NCBI GenBank assembly: GCA_965227775.1 | Contig: OZ245777.1 | Coordinates: forward strand, 992,001 to 1,056,000 | Origin: Phycisphaerales bacterium | Lineage (GTDB): Bacteria > Planctomycetota > Phycisphaerae > Phycisphaerales > UBA1924 | DNA: 64,000 nucleotides | Direction of reading: 5' to 3' | In this document: piece by piece, positions 1 through 10,553 of the stretch | Layout: each line of letters begins with the position of its first letter | Numbering within the stretch: the first letter of the stretch is position 1 | Notes under the pieces: model-generated | Told to the model about the DNA's origin: nothing | Seen by the model: the letters and a program-made list of their open reading frames with translations, nothing else | The model's database searches: none | Program-made: the position numbers and the translations under genes

Positions 1-115
1 CTCGCCAGGCCCCATCGCACGATGCGGGCCTGCCTAGCGTGAAGGTTTGCCGCTGGAAAGCCGGGCGGCAGGTTTTCGATCGCTTGGAAGTGAATCTTAG
101 AGGACCTATTCGCCT

Positions 116-1339
116 TTGACGAGTGCACCGTCCGAATCCATCCACACGCGCACCGCCTCTGCGAGCCCGCTCGACACGCTGGCGAGGCTCGATGACAAAC
201 GTCCGATAGCCGCGATCGTCCGCGGCGATCAGGCGTCGATTCATGGGTGCGGGGCGTGGCAGAAAGTGTCGGGCGATTCGCTCGCGCCACGGGGCGCGGG
301 CGCGTTTGCGGGCTTCGTGTCGTACGAGGTTGGGCACGTGCTGGAACCGACGAGCACGGCGGCGCGCCCCGGCCTGCCGGGCACGGGTGTGCACGCCGAC
401 GCCTCGTGGGGCATCGGCGGATGGATGGCCATTGGTCACGAGCCGGTGCCAGCCACTGATGAACCGCCTGGCGCGTATCGGATTGGTCCGCTCAGGAGCG
501 CATGGGGGAGGCGCGGCTATGAGCGTGCCGTCGGGCGCGCGGTTGAGCTTGTCCATGCGGGCGATATGTACCAGGTAAACCTGACGCATGCGCTCGTTGG
601 CCGGTTCGAGGGATCAACACGGGCGTTGTTTACCGATATTGCGCGCGCGGCGTTGCCGGCACTGGGGTGCTATCTCGAATTGCCGCCGCTCTCGGATGGC
701 CGCCGGCGCGCGATCCTGAGCCTGAGCCCCGAGCTGCTGGTGCGATACGACACGGCCACACGCACGCTGACGACCGAGCCAATGAAGGGCACGCGCCCGG
801 CCACCGACTCTGGCCTTGACGACCTACGGCGGGCCGAGAAGGACAAGGCAGAGCTGGCGATGATCGTCGACCTGATGCGTAACGACCTTGGCCGCGTCAG
901 CGATACCGGCACGGTGCGCGTTGATGAGCCGCGCATGCTTGTGCGGCACGGGCCGATCGACGGGGGCGTCTGGCAGGCGAGCGCGCGGGTCAGCGGGCGA
1001 TTGCGTGGTGACGTGACGCTCGATGATGCGCTGCGTGCGTTGCTGCCGGCTGGATCCATCACGGGCGCCCCAAAGGTGCGCGCGATGCAGGTGATCCACG
1101 AGATGGAGCCTACACGGCGCGGGCCGTATTGCGGTGCGATCGGCGTCGTGGACGACCAAGGCAACGCCGAGCTTGCCGTGGGCATCCGTACGGCTGTTGT
1201 GGTGGGCGACGAGCTGCGATACTCGGTGGGTGCGGGCATCGTGGCCCAGAGCGATCCTGCCGCCGAGTGGGCCGAGACGCTCGCGAAGGCCGGACCGCTG
1301 CGCGCGATTGGCGTCGAGATCGAGGACGACGCGTCGTGA
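116..1339 (+). CDS. pabB: Chorismate-binding protein (aminodeoxychorismate synthase component I / anthranilate synthase I family)
   Basis: Motifs YQVNL, SPELL, PMKGT, AELAMIVDLMRNDLGRV, GSITGAPKVRAM, RGPYCGAIG, GAGIV. True start uncertain (TTG at 116). Confidence 0.8.
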   Translation: MTSAPSESIHTRTASASPLDTLARLDDKRPIAAIVRGDQASIHGCGAWQKVSGDSLAPRGAGAFAGFVSYEVGHVLEPTSTAARPGLPGTGVHADASWGIGGWMAIGHEPVPATDEPPGAYRIGPLRSAWGRRGYERAVGRAVELVHAGDMYQVNLTHALVGRFEGSTRALFTDIARAALPALGCYLELPPLSDGRRRAILSLSPELLVRYDTATRTLTTEPMKGTRPATDSGLDDLRRAEKDKAELAMIVDLMRNDLGRVSDTGTVRVDEPRMLVRHGPIDGGVWQASARVSGRLRGDVTLDDALRALLPAGSITGAPKVRAMQVIHEMEPTRRGPYCGAIGVVDDQGNAELAVGIRTAVVVGDELRYSVGAGIVAQSDPAAEWAETLAKAGPLRAIGVEIEDDAS

Positions 1340-1824
1340 CGCGGGTGCTGGCCGACCTCGTTGATGCCTACGTGGCGCGTGAGCGCGAGGCGGTCGAGTT
1401 CTTGCAGCTGCGTCGCGTCGCCGAGCCCATGGCTGGCACGTGGCAGCCTGTGATGGGGCACATCGAGACCGGCGAGATCGCCGTGGCAGCTGTTGTGCGA
1501 GAGCTTGGCGAAGAGGTTGGGCTCCGGCCGAACGATGCCGCGTGGCTTGGTTGCTGGCAGCTGGAGGAAGTGCATCCCTACTTCGTCGCGGCTCTCGATG
1601 CGGTGGTGCTGTCGCCGCGCTTCGCGGTGCTGGTGGATAGCGCGTGGGAGCCGGACATCTCGGGCGACGATGCCCACGATGCGCATCGATGGGTTCTCGC
1701 GAGCAGAGTCGAGCAGGAGTTCTTGTGGCCCGGCCAGTGGCGCGCGTGCGCCGAGGCGGCAAGCCTGATCGCTACGCGCGGATCCGCGCTCGAGCGGGCG
1801 TTGCGGCTGCGTCCCGAGGCGTGA
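1336..1824 (+). CDS. NUDIX hydrolase (NudB/dihydroneopterin triphosphate pyrophosphatase-like)
   Basis: Nudix box GHIETGEIAVAAVVRELGEEVGL preceded by WQPV. GTGA overlap with the pabB stop. Confidence 0.8.
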   Translation: MTRVLADLVDAYVAREREAVEFLQLRRVAEPMAGTWQPVMGHIETGEIAVAAVVRELGEEVGLRPNDAAWLGCWQLEEVHPYFVAALDAVVLSPRFAVLVDSAWEPDISGDDAHDAHRWVLASRVEQEFLWPGQWRACAEAASLIATRGSALERALRLRPEA

Positions 1825-2959
1825 CCGCGGCCGGCTTCAGGCTCGGCATGAGGGGGAAGGCGTCGGCCTGGAGCCCCAAGATGCGGGACGCCTCGATCCA
1901 CGGCGCGACCACGGTTTCGCCGAGGCCACGCCCATGCATATTCGCGAGCGCGTCGAGCATCGGGCCCGGTGAGAGCGTGCCGATGACCAGGCGGTCGGCG
2001 TCGCGTGTCTCGTCGACGATCTCGACGCCCGCTTCGGTGAGCGCCCGGCGGACGGCCCACGCGTGCTTGCCCTCGTGCACGAGGCGCGCGGTGTCGAAGC
2101 GCTCGGTCGCCAGTGCCTGCTCAACCGCCTCGCGCGCGTGGTAGAGCCCGACGAACCGCTCGAAGTGGTGCTCGCTCATCGGCCGGCGATCGAGCGCGTG
2201 GCGGATCGTGCGAAGCTCGGCGAGTCCTTGCCTGAAGCCTTCGATGGCGTCTTCCTTCTGGGCGATCCACGCGCATCGGCGGATGTGGTCTCTCCGCAGG
2301 AACGCGCGGTCGTGCGCGGGTGTGGTGCGCTCGATGATGACGCCCTGGTTGCGCGTCAGCAGACGGATCATGCGATTCAGATCGCGATTGGTCGAGGTCT
2401 TGTGGTGGAGCACGCGGAACCACGGGCTGAACTCGAGCCGCCAGCCCGCGTCGATCAGGCGCGCGCAGAGATCGGGTTCTTCGGCGGCGAAGAAGAAGCT
2501 CTCGTCGTAGCCGCCGGCATCCAGATACGCCTGCCTGCGTACGGCGGCACCGCAGCCGACGAGCACCTCGGGCAGTCCGCCGCGCTCTCGCGAGCCGTCG
2601 GGCAGGGTGATGTCGGCCATGACAGCGGCGACATCGTCGGCGGTGCGCTCGAGCACGTGCAGGTGGCCCAGGTCCTTGGGCGCACTGTCGTCGTCGAGCA
2701 TCACCAGCCAGTCGTGCTCGGCCTGCGCCGCCGCGTGGTTCCGTGCTGAGGCGGCGACGTTGCGGTCGAGCCGCACCACGCGCACCGGGATGGATGTATC
2801 CGGCAGCGTCTCGCGCACGGGAACATCGGAAGCATTGTCGGCGATGACGACCTCGACCGGGCTTGATTGGTGTTCGTGCAACGCGTCGAGCGCACACAGC
2901 GTGGCGGCGAGCTCGGCGGGCCGGTTACGCGTGCACGTGACGTAGGAGGTCGCGGTCAT
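1772..2959 (-). CDS. Glycosyltransferase family 2
   Basis: TCTRNR, IADNAS, ARN, MLDDDS (DxD), GGYDESFFFAAEEPDL. ATG at 2959 overlaps the upstream stop. Confidence 0.85.
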   Translation of the reverse strand: MTATSYVTCTRNRPAELAATLCALDALHEHQSSPVEVVIADNASDVPVRETLPDTSIPVRVVRLDRNVAASARNHAAAQAEHDWLVMLDDDSAPKDLGHLHVLERTADDVAAVMADITLPDGSRERGGLPEVLVGCGAAVRRQAYLDAGGYDESFFFAAEEPDLCARLIDAGWRLEFSPWFRVLHHKTSTNRDLNRMIRLLTRNQGVIIERTTPAHDRAFLRRDHIRRCAWIAQKEDAIEGFRQGLAELRTIRHALDRRPMSEHHFERFVGLYHAREAVEQALATERFDTARLVHEGKHAWAVRRALTEAGVEIVDETRDADRLVIGTLSPGPMLDALANMHGRGLGETVVAPWIEASRILGLQADAFPLMPSLKPAAVTPRDAAATPARARIRA

Positions 2960-4602
2960 GACGCCACCCGCGCTGCGTGGGCGTGTTCGTCGGCGCGGTA
3001 TACCAGATGGGCGGCGGTGAGGCGCTCGATGGCGCTCTGCATCGCGCGAATCGTGATGGTGCACACGCCGGGCCGGCCAAGGGCGTCGGCGTCTGCGATG
3101 GCGGCGAATATGGCGGCGATCGCGAGCTGGTTCGAGGCATCGGCCCTTGCGATTCGGGCGCCGATGAGACCGACGGTTGCCGCGGCCAGCGATGCCGCGT
3201 CGGCGCCGCCCGAGTCGAGCGGCAGCGGCGCGAGGTTCGGCACGGGTTGGGCGCGCACGCGAGTGGGCCAGCCGTCGCCCGAGTCGATCGGCGTTTCGAG
3301 GCGATCGAACGCGAGCAGACCCTCTGCGCCCAGGCCGACGATCGCGGCGCGCGCCTGGGCGGCGTCCATGGCCGACCACGCCGACGAGGTCAGGCTGCCC
3401 GATGGGTTCGCGACGGCCCTGCGCAGGTCGGCTTCGGCGACAAGAAGCAGGTCGGCGTGGCGGATCGCAAGCGGGTTAGCGCTTCGTGCTTGCGCACTTG
3501 TCGCCACCGTGCAGCTTCGCTCGCGCAGCAGGTCGCTCACCGCTCGGGCGACCGAGCCGGCCAGCATGCCCAATCCCTGATCGGCGATGCACACGGCATC
3601 GACCGCGTCGGCGCGCTCGGCAAGCTCGGCGACCAACGCGCCGCGAAGCATCGTGTCGGCGGCGATGGGCTTCGCGTGGTCGACCGTCATCAGCTTCTGC
3701 GCACCGGATACGAAGTGCTCGAGCACCGACGGCTCGGGCGTTGGGGGCAGCGTGACGAGTTCGACGCCTGCGAGGCTGAGTCGCTGTTCGAGCAATCGAC
3801 CCGCGTCCCCAGCTGGCGGCGCGGTGAGCAGAGTCGGCTGCATGCCCATGGCGGCGAATTGCAGGGCGACGCCCGCGGCGCCGGAATCGAATCGCCGCTC
3901 GCCCGCGGGGCGGAGCGTCATTACGGGTTCTCGGGCGCCCATCTGGGGGGCCTGGCACACGCGGTAGACCTCTTCGACGGCCTCGCCCACGACCAGCACG
4001 CGTTGGCCTTGCGCCGCGTCGAGCGCGTTGCGCAGGTCATCACTGCTCATGCCGGGCTGGCGGAGGAGCTGCGCGAGTGCGCCGGTCGGTGCGTCGACGC
4101 CGGTGTCGCGGCCGCCCTCGAGCACGGCGATGAGCGCCGAGGAGCTGAACACGATGTCACCCGACGAGAACACGACGCGTCCGCCGCTGGCCTCTACGGC
4201 GGCTCGCTCGGCGGCGAAGCGCGGGTCGTCATTGGACTCGTATTCGCGGCCCTTGACGTACGCGTCGGGGCGTACGGCGCGGAGGATGCCCTCGGCGGTC
4301 GGTTCTTCGACCACGTGCACGGCGTCGACCATGTCCAGGCTCGCGAGGTTCTCGGCTCGCAGGTCGTGGGGGATCAGTGGCCGGCCGATGCCCTTGTTTA
4401 TGCCTTGGTCCGCGGTGATGGTCACCAGCAGCGCGTCGCCCTGGGCCCGGGCCCACCGGAGATGACGAACGTGGCCCGGGTGCACGATGTCGAAGCAGCC
4501 GTGGCACTGGACGAGCCGGCGACCGGACTGTCGCAGTTGCTCACGCCACGCCAGGAGATCGGCGAGGGTCCGGATAGCCGGATGGTGTGCGGTAGAACTC
4601 AC
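2956..4602 (-). CDS. HldE/RfaE-like bifunctional protein: N-terminal cytidylyltransferase-like domain plus PfkB-like domain
   Basis: HGCFDIVHPGH (HxGH), KGIGRP and YVKGREY in the N-terminal half, ribokinase-fold C-terminal half. Start inferred at GTG 4602. Confidence 0.8.
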   Translation of the reverse strand: MSSTAHHPAIRTLADLLAWREQLRQSGRRLVQCHGCFDIVHPGHVRHLRWARAQGDALLVTITADQGINKGIGRPLIPHDLRAENLASLDMVDAVHVVEEPTAEGILRAVRPDAYVKGREYESNDDPRFAAERAAVEASGGRVVFSSGDIVFSSSALIAVLEGGRDTGVDAPTGALAQLLRQPGMSSDDLRNALDAAQGQRVLVVGEAVEEVYRVCQAPQMGAREPVMTLRPAGERRFDSGAAGVALQFAAMGMQPTLLTAPPAGDAGRLLEQRLSLAGVELVTLPPTPEPSVLEHFVSGAQKLMTVDHAKPIAADTMLRGALVAELAERADAVDAVCIADQGLGMLAGSVARAVSDLLRERSCTVATSAQARSANPLAIRHADLLLVAEADLRRAVANPSGSLTSSAWSAMDAAQARAAIVGLGAEGLLAFDRLETPIDSGDGWPTRVRAQPVPNLAPLPLDSGGADAASLAAATVGLIGARIARADASNQLAIAAIFAAIADADALGRPGVCTITIRAMQSAIERLTAAHLVYRADEHAHAARVAS

Positions 4603-4751
4603 GCGTTTCTTATCGGCATCGCAAAACGGCCAAATGAAGTGAAGATGCGGGTTGTTTGGGTCGAAGCTGACGGTGACCACTTCTTGAGAGACGACCCTCG
4701 CTGCCGTGGGAAGCTCCAACGACTCGGGCCCTTGATGCAGGAGCGGACACC

Positions 4752-6131
4752 ATGGAGCAGATCTCCGACGCGCTGGTGCTTGTCTTTGACGAGGGCTCGA
4801 CGCTTGTTCAGCTCGAACGCAGCGGGGCTCTCGACCAGCACCGAGCGCTCTGGACCGACATCGCCCGCCGCCACGGCCGGCTGATCCTGGTCACCCACGA
4901 CCGCGGCGACGAGGCTCAGAAGGCCGCCGAGCTTGCCAAGACCCTGGACGCCACGTGCGTGTGCGACGATCGCGGTACCCTGGCCCACGAGCACCAGGAT
5001 CGCGCTGCAAGCACAGTGGCAGAGCTGCTGGGTGGATGCCAGTCTGCCGTGGTGCAAGCGGTGGGCCTCATGGCGGCGCCGACGGCCCTGGCCGTCACCT
5101 CGGCGTTGCACGAGGCGGGCATCAAGGCGGCGCTCTTGGCCGAGGGCGCGGATCTATGGAGCCGCCAGTCGATCTGTGAGTTCGGCTCGACGTCCAGGGC
5201 AGCGCTCGAGGCCGCGTACCGCGAGCAGCTCGCGTGCACGTCGGCCCACGTGGTCCTCGCAGGCTGTGCACCGGTGGCCGACGACCTCGTCTGGCGGTTC
5301 AACCTGTCGGACGAGCGCGTGAGGACGGTGCCGATGCCGGTCCTGGGCGACACCTGCTGCGTACGGGCCGAGCAGCGAGACAAGAGCACGATTCTGGCAT
5401 TCGGCCCGGCCACCAAGCGTGCCCGGCTGAACGTGATCGTCGACGCCATCGCGTTCCTACGCAAGACCGATTGGCCCGAGGCGACGCTCAAGATCCTGAT
5501 GGACGGCCCTGAGGCGCCGGCGCTCGAGAAGCAGGCCGAGGCACTCGGCGTGCCGCTTGAGATCATCCCCAGCCCCACGGCCGAGCAGGCGGACGACGCG
5601 CTGCGATCGTGTGCGCTCATGGTTTATGCGGCCACGAGCGAGACCAATCCGCCGGCCGTGTTCGAGGCGCTCTCGGTGGGCACGGCGGTGGTGCTGGCGG
5701 TCGACCCGCTGTGCGCGCTGCAGGTCGTCCACGGCGTGTCGGGCTTGCGGATGCCAGCCGAGGCCGAGGCCATCGCACGGGCGGTTGGTGGCCTGCTGAT
5801 GGACGCGCCCTGGCGAGACGCGCTGGGCGCCGCTGGTCGTGAGAAGGCGTACTCCGATCACTCGAGCCCGGTCGTCGCCGAGGCGATGGCCGAAGCCCAT
5901 GTTGCGGCTCTCGAGATCGCCGAGCGTGACGGCTCATCGGTCAGCGCGGCGCTCATCCTCGCGGGCGATGGGCTTGCCAACCTCGACGCAGCCGACACGG
6001 CGGCTGCGTGGGCGAAGGCCATCGGGGACTCCCTGGGCGGTGCGGATACGAATCGAGAGGCCTATCTGGCCGCGATCTGCGAGGCCGTGGACGATCTTCG
6101 GCGTCGGGCCAGCCGCGCTCCGGCGGCCTGA
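4752..6131 (+). CDS. Glycosyltransferase, GT-B fold (family 4-like), divergent
   Basis: ETNPPAVFEALSVGTAVV resembles the GT4 ExFxxxxxEA motif; VVHGVSGL; RDALGAAGR helix. Confidence 0.65.
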   Translation: MEQISDALVLVFDEGSTLVQLERSGALDQHRALWTDIARRHGRLILVTHDRGDEAQKAAELAKTLDATCVCDDRGTLAHEHQDRAASTVAELLGGCQSAVVQAVGLMAAPTALAVTSALHEAGIKAALLAEGADLWSRQSICEFGSTSRAALEAAYREQLACTSAHVVLAGCAPVADDLVWRFNLSDERVRTVPMPVLGDTCCVRAEQRDKSTILAFGPATKRARLNVIVDAIAFLRKTDWPEATLKILMDGPEAPALEKQAEALGVPLEIIPSPTAEQADDALRSCALMVYAATSETNPPAVFEALSVGTAVVLAVDPLCALQVVHGVSGLRMPAEAEAIARAVGGLLMDAPWRDALGAAGREKAYSDHSSPVVAEAMAEAHVAALEIAERDGSSVSAALILAGDGLANLDAADTAAAWAKAIGDSLGGADTNREAYLAAICEAVDDLRRRASRAPAA

Positions 6132-6270
6132 GGCGTTATCGGTCGGCAAGACTTGCGCTTGCATGCCCAGATCTGTCGGGTGTCGTCGGAAAATGTCGGA
6201 TCTGGCGGGTCGTGCCGATATTGACGGATGTGAGGTTATGGACTGGCCTCGCAGATTGGGGACGCTTCGC

Positions 6271-6606
6271 ATGGACACGCACGCAGAAAACCTCGATCGT
6301 CGCCGCTTCCGTCGCACCAGCGTCGACCGGGCCGGCAAGGTCTTCGTTCGCCGCGCTTTGCGGTACCTGCCGGTGCGGGCGCTCGATGTCTCGCTGGGCG
6401 GGCTTTTGATCGAGGTCAAGAGCGACCGGCCGCTGATGGTGGGCGAGCCACTGGACGTGATCATCGGCGATGGCAGCCAGGCTGTGGTCGACGGCGACGA
6501 CGTGATCGAAGCGCACATCGCGCACGTGAAGGTCGATGAGGACGGTTCGCAGCGCGTCGGCCTGGCGTTTGCGCACGAGGGCGCCATGGCCGCCGTTGCG
6601 GCGTAG
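6271..6606 (+). CDS. PilZ domain c-di-GMP receptor
   Basis: RRRFRR (RxxxR), DVSLGG (DxSxxG), RVGLAF. Confidence 0.8.
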   Translation: MDTHAENLDRRRFRRTSVDRAGKVFVRRALRYLPVRALDVSLGGLLIEVKSDRPLMVGEPLDVIIGDGSQAVVDGDDVIEAHIAHVKVDEDGSQRVGLAFAHEGAMAAVAA

Positions 6607-6618
6607 CGACCGCTGTCG

Positions 6619-7953
6619 GTGGGCGAAACCCGCCGTCGGGCCTGCGGATTTGTGAGAAGCCAACAATCTTTTTCCACGCCGGGGCGGGATGTCCGATGGC
6701 GTGACGGGTGCGCGGTGGCCGCGCGCTGCGGAGGGCCGGTGGCCTTGAGCGACGTGGCTCCGAACGAACCGAGTCTCAACCACGCGAGACGCTGGGCGAT
6801 CTCGCCCCGGCTCGGGCTGGCGGCATGCGGTGTGGCATGCTTGCTGGCCGCCGATGCCAGCTTCGGCCAGGCAGGCCAATCGCTCGCGCAGGTCCAGAGC
6901 GCCCCGCCCATGGGCGAGGGCGTAAAGGCCCTGACCACCAGCGACTGGCTGGCGATCATCATCCGCGTGGCCGCGCCGCTGGTGCTGGTGATCCTGTTCT
7001 TGGCCGACTTCATCCGCCCCGGCTCGTTCCAGCGGGCGGGCAAGCGAGACGTTGTGGCCTACCAGTGGCCCGTGTGGCTCTTCGGGGCGTTCGTCGTCGT
7101 CTCGGCCCAGATCTTCGGGGCCCAGGCGTTCGCGCAGATCTCGGGGCTCTGGGAGTGGATGGCGGCCAAGGGCGGCCCGGTGCAGCCGCTGGGCGAGAGC
7201 CAGACGCGTGACGAGGCCCTGACGCAGCTTGGCTCGGTCATCTTCGGCGCCTTCGCGGGCGGCGTGATGGTCTACCTGCTTAATAAGCGCGAGCACGACG
7301 AGGGCATGCGCTTCGGGGCCGGCGATGTGCCACTCGGCCTGCTGGCGGTCGTCATCGCCTTCCCGGTGGTCGCGGCCGCGGGCGAGCTCTCTCGCATCGC
7401 GTTTACGTACGCCTCGGGCGAGGAGCAGAGCACCATCGCCCACGCCACGTTGGAGCTGATCCGTCAGAACTCGCAAGACCCCTGGACGTGGGTGATCATC
7501 TTCTCGGCCATCCTGGGTGCGGCGATCATCGAGGAACTGATCTTCCGGGCCTTCGTGCAGACCGCCTTGCTGCGGATGCTGGGCTCGACGTGGCTGGCGG
7601 TGATCATCACCAGCGCCGTGTTCGCCCTGGTCCACACGTCGGGCGATGCCGTGCCGTGGCACGCGGTGCCGGCGCTCTTCGTGCTGGGCCTGGCCATCGG
7701 CATCGCGTACGAGCGGTTCAAGGGCCTGGGTGTGCCGATCGCGATGCACGCGGGCTTCAACGCCATCAACATCGCCCTGGTGCTCTGGATGGCCGATCCG
7801 ACGCCTCAGCCCACGCAGTACGACGAGCAGGGCGTCCCTATCACCCAGACCGAGGACGGTCTCCAGCCTGGCCAGCAGCCCGAATCGCCGGGTGAGTTCC
7901 AGGACCCCTCGGCCCCGCCCGGGCCGGACGGCAGCCCAGGGGGCCAGCCCTAG
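6619..7953 (+). CDS. CPBP (CAAX/Abi) family intramembrane glutamic endopeptidase
   Basis: IIEELIFR, FALVH and HAGFN motifs with multiple TM helices. True start probably downstream of 6619. Confidence 0.85.
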   Translation: MGETRRRACGFVRSQQSFSTPGRDVRWRDGCAVAARCGGPVALSDVAPNEPSLNHARRWAISPRLGLAACGVACLLAADASFGQAGQSLAQVQSAPPMGEGVKALTTSDWLAIIIRVAAPLVLVILFLADFIRPGSFQRAGKRDVVAYQWPVWLFGAFVVVSAQIFGAQAFAQISGLWEWMAAKGGPVQPLGESQTRDEALTQLGSVIFGAFAGGVMVYLLNKREHDEGMRFGAGDVPLGLLAVVIAFPVVAAAGELSRIAFTYASGEEQSTIAHATLELIRQNSQDPWTWVIIFSAILGAAIIEELIFRAFVQTALLRMLGSTWLAVIITSAVFALVHTSGDAVPWHAVPALFVLGLAIGIAYERFKGLGVPIAMHAGFNAINIALVLWMADPTPQPTQYDEQGVPITQTEDGLQPGQQPESPGEFQDPSAPPGPDGSPGGQP

Positions 7954-8051
7954 GTCGGTCGATTTGTTTGCGGCCGCCAACCGCTGTACTGTCCGGGGCT
8001 TTGGCACGGGCGCACACGAGTCGGGGAATCCATCGCGGGCGTCTGGCCCGG

Positions 8052-10508
8052 ATGGCCACCGCTGCATCTCTGCTGATGGTGGTTGGCGCGGCCTATGCAC
8101 AGGCCCCGACGGCCGACCAGGAGCCCCTGGAGCAGGTCACGGGCCCGCTTGCGGAGTTTGCAGACCGCCGGGTGGCTGCGGTCGTGCTCCGCCGGCCGAC
8201 CGAGACGGGCGCGTTCGCCCCGCTCGACTCAACGCTCGAGACCATGGCAAAGCAGCAGATCCGCACGGCAGCGGGTTCGGCGCTCGATCCGCAGATGCTG
8301 CTGCGCGATCGGCGGACACTCGACAGGCTGGGGCGTTTCCGTCGCATCGTGGTCGAGGCGGTGCCGCAGGAAGACGGCTCGGTGGTGGTCGTGTTCACGC
8401 TCGACCCCCAGCCACTCATCTACGTGGTGCAGCCGGTGGGCAACCGAGCGTTGAGCGATCAGAAGATCTCGGCCCTGACCGAGGTGCTCGTGCTCAACCC
8501 GGTCGATCCGGTGCTCATCCAGAACGTGGCGCGAGATATCGAGCGGGCCTACGCCATCGAGGGCTATACCGAGGCCCAGGTGACCCCGGATCTGTCGGAG
8601 GTCGAAGAGACCGGCCAGCTCTTCCTGCGTGTGCGTGAGGGCAGCCGCCTGCGCGTCACGGGCGTGCGCTTCGAGGGCAACGAGATCTTCAGCGATCGCC
8701 AGCTCCGCTCGCAGGTCGAGTTGGAAACGTACACGCCCGTGCTGAGCAAGGGGCGCTTCGACGAGGCGCAAGCCCGGGACGATGTCCAGTCGCTCATCCG
8801 CTTCTATCGCGATCGCGGGTACATCGACGTGCGGGCCGGATGGCAGCGCATCGATTCGCCCAACAACCGCGAGGTCATCGTGGTGTACCACGTGGCAGAG
8901 GGCGAGCGATACACGGTGCGCGACGTCATCGTCGAGTACGTGGACGAGCGGTTTCAGGACGACTTCGTGCCCAGGCTGAGCCCGGACCAGATCCGCGGGC
9001 TGATGTCGATCAAGACGGGTGACATCTACAACGCTTCGCTCATCCGCGACGGCATCGACGATGTCTACGCGGCGCTGACACGCATGGGCTACACGACGTG
9101 CGTTGTGCGGACCGAGGACCTCACCGACGCCGAGGACAACCTGGTCGACCTGCGCGTGCGTATCAGCCAGGGGCCCGCGAGCAAGGTGGGGCTCGTGAAT
9201 GTCATCGGCAACTCCATCACGCAGTTGCGCGTCGTGATGCGGTACATCGAGCTCGAACCCGATACGCCCGCGGACATCCACGAGCGTGTGCCGGTTGAAG
9301 AATCTGCCGGCTTGCGGTCAAAGCAGAACCTCGAGCGTTCGCGCTTCTTCGGGCCGATCGGTCGGCCCGATGTGCAGGTAGTCTTGCAAGACCCAACCGG
9401 TCCCAGCAACCATCGCGATGTTCTCATCAGCCTGCAGGAAGCGCGCACGGCCAACTTCCAGATCGGCGCGGCCGTCAGCAGCGACTCGGGCCTCATCGGC
9501 CAGCTGTCGGTGAGCGAGAGCAACTTCGACATCACCGATTGGCCCGAGAGCTGGGACGAGTTCATTGGCCGGCGTGCGTTCCGTGGTGGCGGGCAGCGGG
9601 CGTCGATCAGCCTTGAGCCGGGCAACATCAGCGAGCGATACGCGATCTCGTTCGGCGAGCCGAGCCTGTTCGAGGGCAACTACAGCCTCGACACGTCGGT
9701 GTTTTACCGCTCGTTTGAGTTCGACGACTACGACGAGGCGCGCGTCGGCGGAACGCTCGCGATCGGCCGCTCATTTGGCACGCAGTGGCGGGCCGGTTTG
9801 TCGACGAGACTCGAGCAGGTGCGCGTGCGCGACATCGAGCCCGATCGCCCGGTCGACCTGTTTGAGAGCGAGGGCGAGAGTCTGCTCGACGTGCAAGGCT
9901 TGACGCTCTCGCGATCGAACTTCGATCGGCCGTTCCTGCCCACACGAGGCTCGGCGCTTCGGACCAGCATCGAGCAGGCCGGCGTCTTTACGGACGATTG
10001 GGACTTCACGCGTCTGCGGGCGAGCGGCGTCGTGTACGTGCCCATCCAGGAAGACTTCCTGGGGCGTGCGACGGTCGCCAACTTCACGTCGCGCGTTGGT
10101 TACATCCCGGACTCGCCGAGCGACGTGCCGGTGTTTGAGCGGCTCAACGCGGGCGGATCGAACTTCCGCGGCTTCGGCGTCCGCGGAATCGGGCCGGTCG
10201 GCATCCGCAACGACACGGGCACGCTTGGCGATGACCAGGTGGGCGGAACGTGGGAGTTCTTCGTGGGCGCCGAGATCCAGCAGCCCATCTACAACGACAA
10301 TTTCCGCCTGGTCTTCTTCACCGACATGGGCACCGTGACCAACAAGCCCGGCTTCGACCACTGGCGCGTCTCGGTCGGTACGGGCTTCAGGCTGACCGTG
10401 CCGGCGCTGACCCCGGTGCCGCTGGCGTTCGACTTTGGTTTCCCCATACTGAAGGAGCCAACGGATGACACGCGGATCTTCAACTTTACTGTTGAGGTGC
10501 CGTTCTAG
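8052..10508 (+). CDS. bamA: Outer membrane protein assembly factor BamA
   Basis: Signal peptide, POTRA repeats (FEGNEIFSDRQL, FYRDRGY), loop-6 FRGF motif, C-terminal Phe. Confidence 0.9.
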   Translation: MATAASLLMVVGAAYAQAPTADQEPLEQVTGPLAEFADRRVAAVVLRRPTETGAFAPLDSTLETMAKQQIRTAAGSALDPQMLLRDRRTLDRLGRFRRIVVEAVPQEDGSVVVVFTLDPQPLIYVVQPVGNRALSDQKISALTEVLVLNPVDPVLIQNVARDIERAYAIEGYTEAQVTPDLSEVEETGQLFLRVREGSRLRVTGVRFEGNEIFSDRQLRSQVELETYTPVLSKGRFDEAQARDDVQSLIRFYRDRGYIDVRAGWQRIDSPNNREVIVVYHVAEGERYTVRDVIVEYVDERFQDDFVPRLSPDQIRGLMSIKTGDIYNASLIRDGIDDVYAALTRMGYTTCVVRTEDLTDAEDNLVDLRVRISQGPASKVGLVNVIGNSITQLRVVMRYIELEPDTPADIHERVPVEESAGLRSKQNLERSRFFGPIGRPDVQVVLQDPTGPSNHRDVLISLQEARTANFQIGAAVSSDSGLIGQLSVSESNFDITDWPESWDEFIGRRAFRGGGQRASISLEPGNISERYAISFGEPSLFEGNYSLDTSVFYRSFEFDDYDEARVGGTLAIGRSFGTQWRAGLSTRLEQVRVRDIEPDRPVDLFESEGESLLDVQGLTLSRSNFDRPFLPTRGSALRTSIEQAGVFTDDWDFTRLRASGVVYVPIQEDFLGRATVANFTSRVGYIPDSPSDVPVFERLNAGGSNFRGFGVRGIGPVGIRNDTGTLGDDQVGGTWEFFVGAEIQQPIYNDNFRLVFFTDMGTVTNKPGFDHWRVSVGTGFRLTVPALTPVPLAFDFGFPILKEPTDDTRIFNFTVEVPF

Positions 10509-10553
10509 ACACCACGCCGACTCACCAACACGTCCGCGAAGAGGGAGACCCGC

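Noticed and set aside
6..32. Imperfect hairpin CAGGCCC...GGGCCTG at the window start
   Set aside because: No U-tract and upstream context is missing, so no function can be assigned.
6764..6780. GAGTCTCAA half-site resembling the regulon palindrome
   Set aside because: The left half-site does not match and it probably lies within coding sequence.
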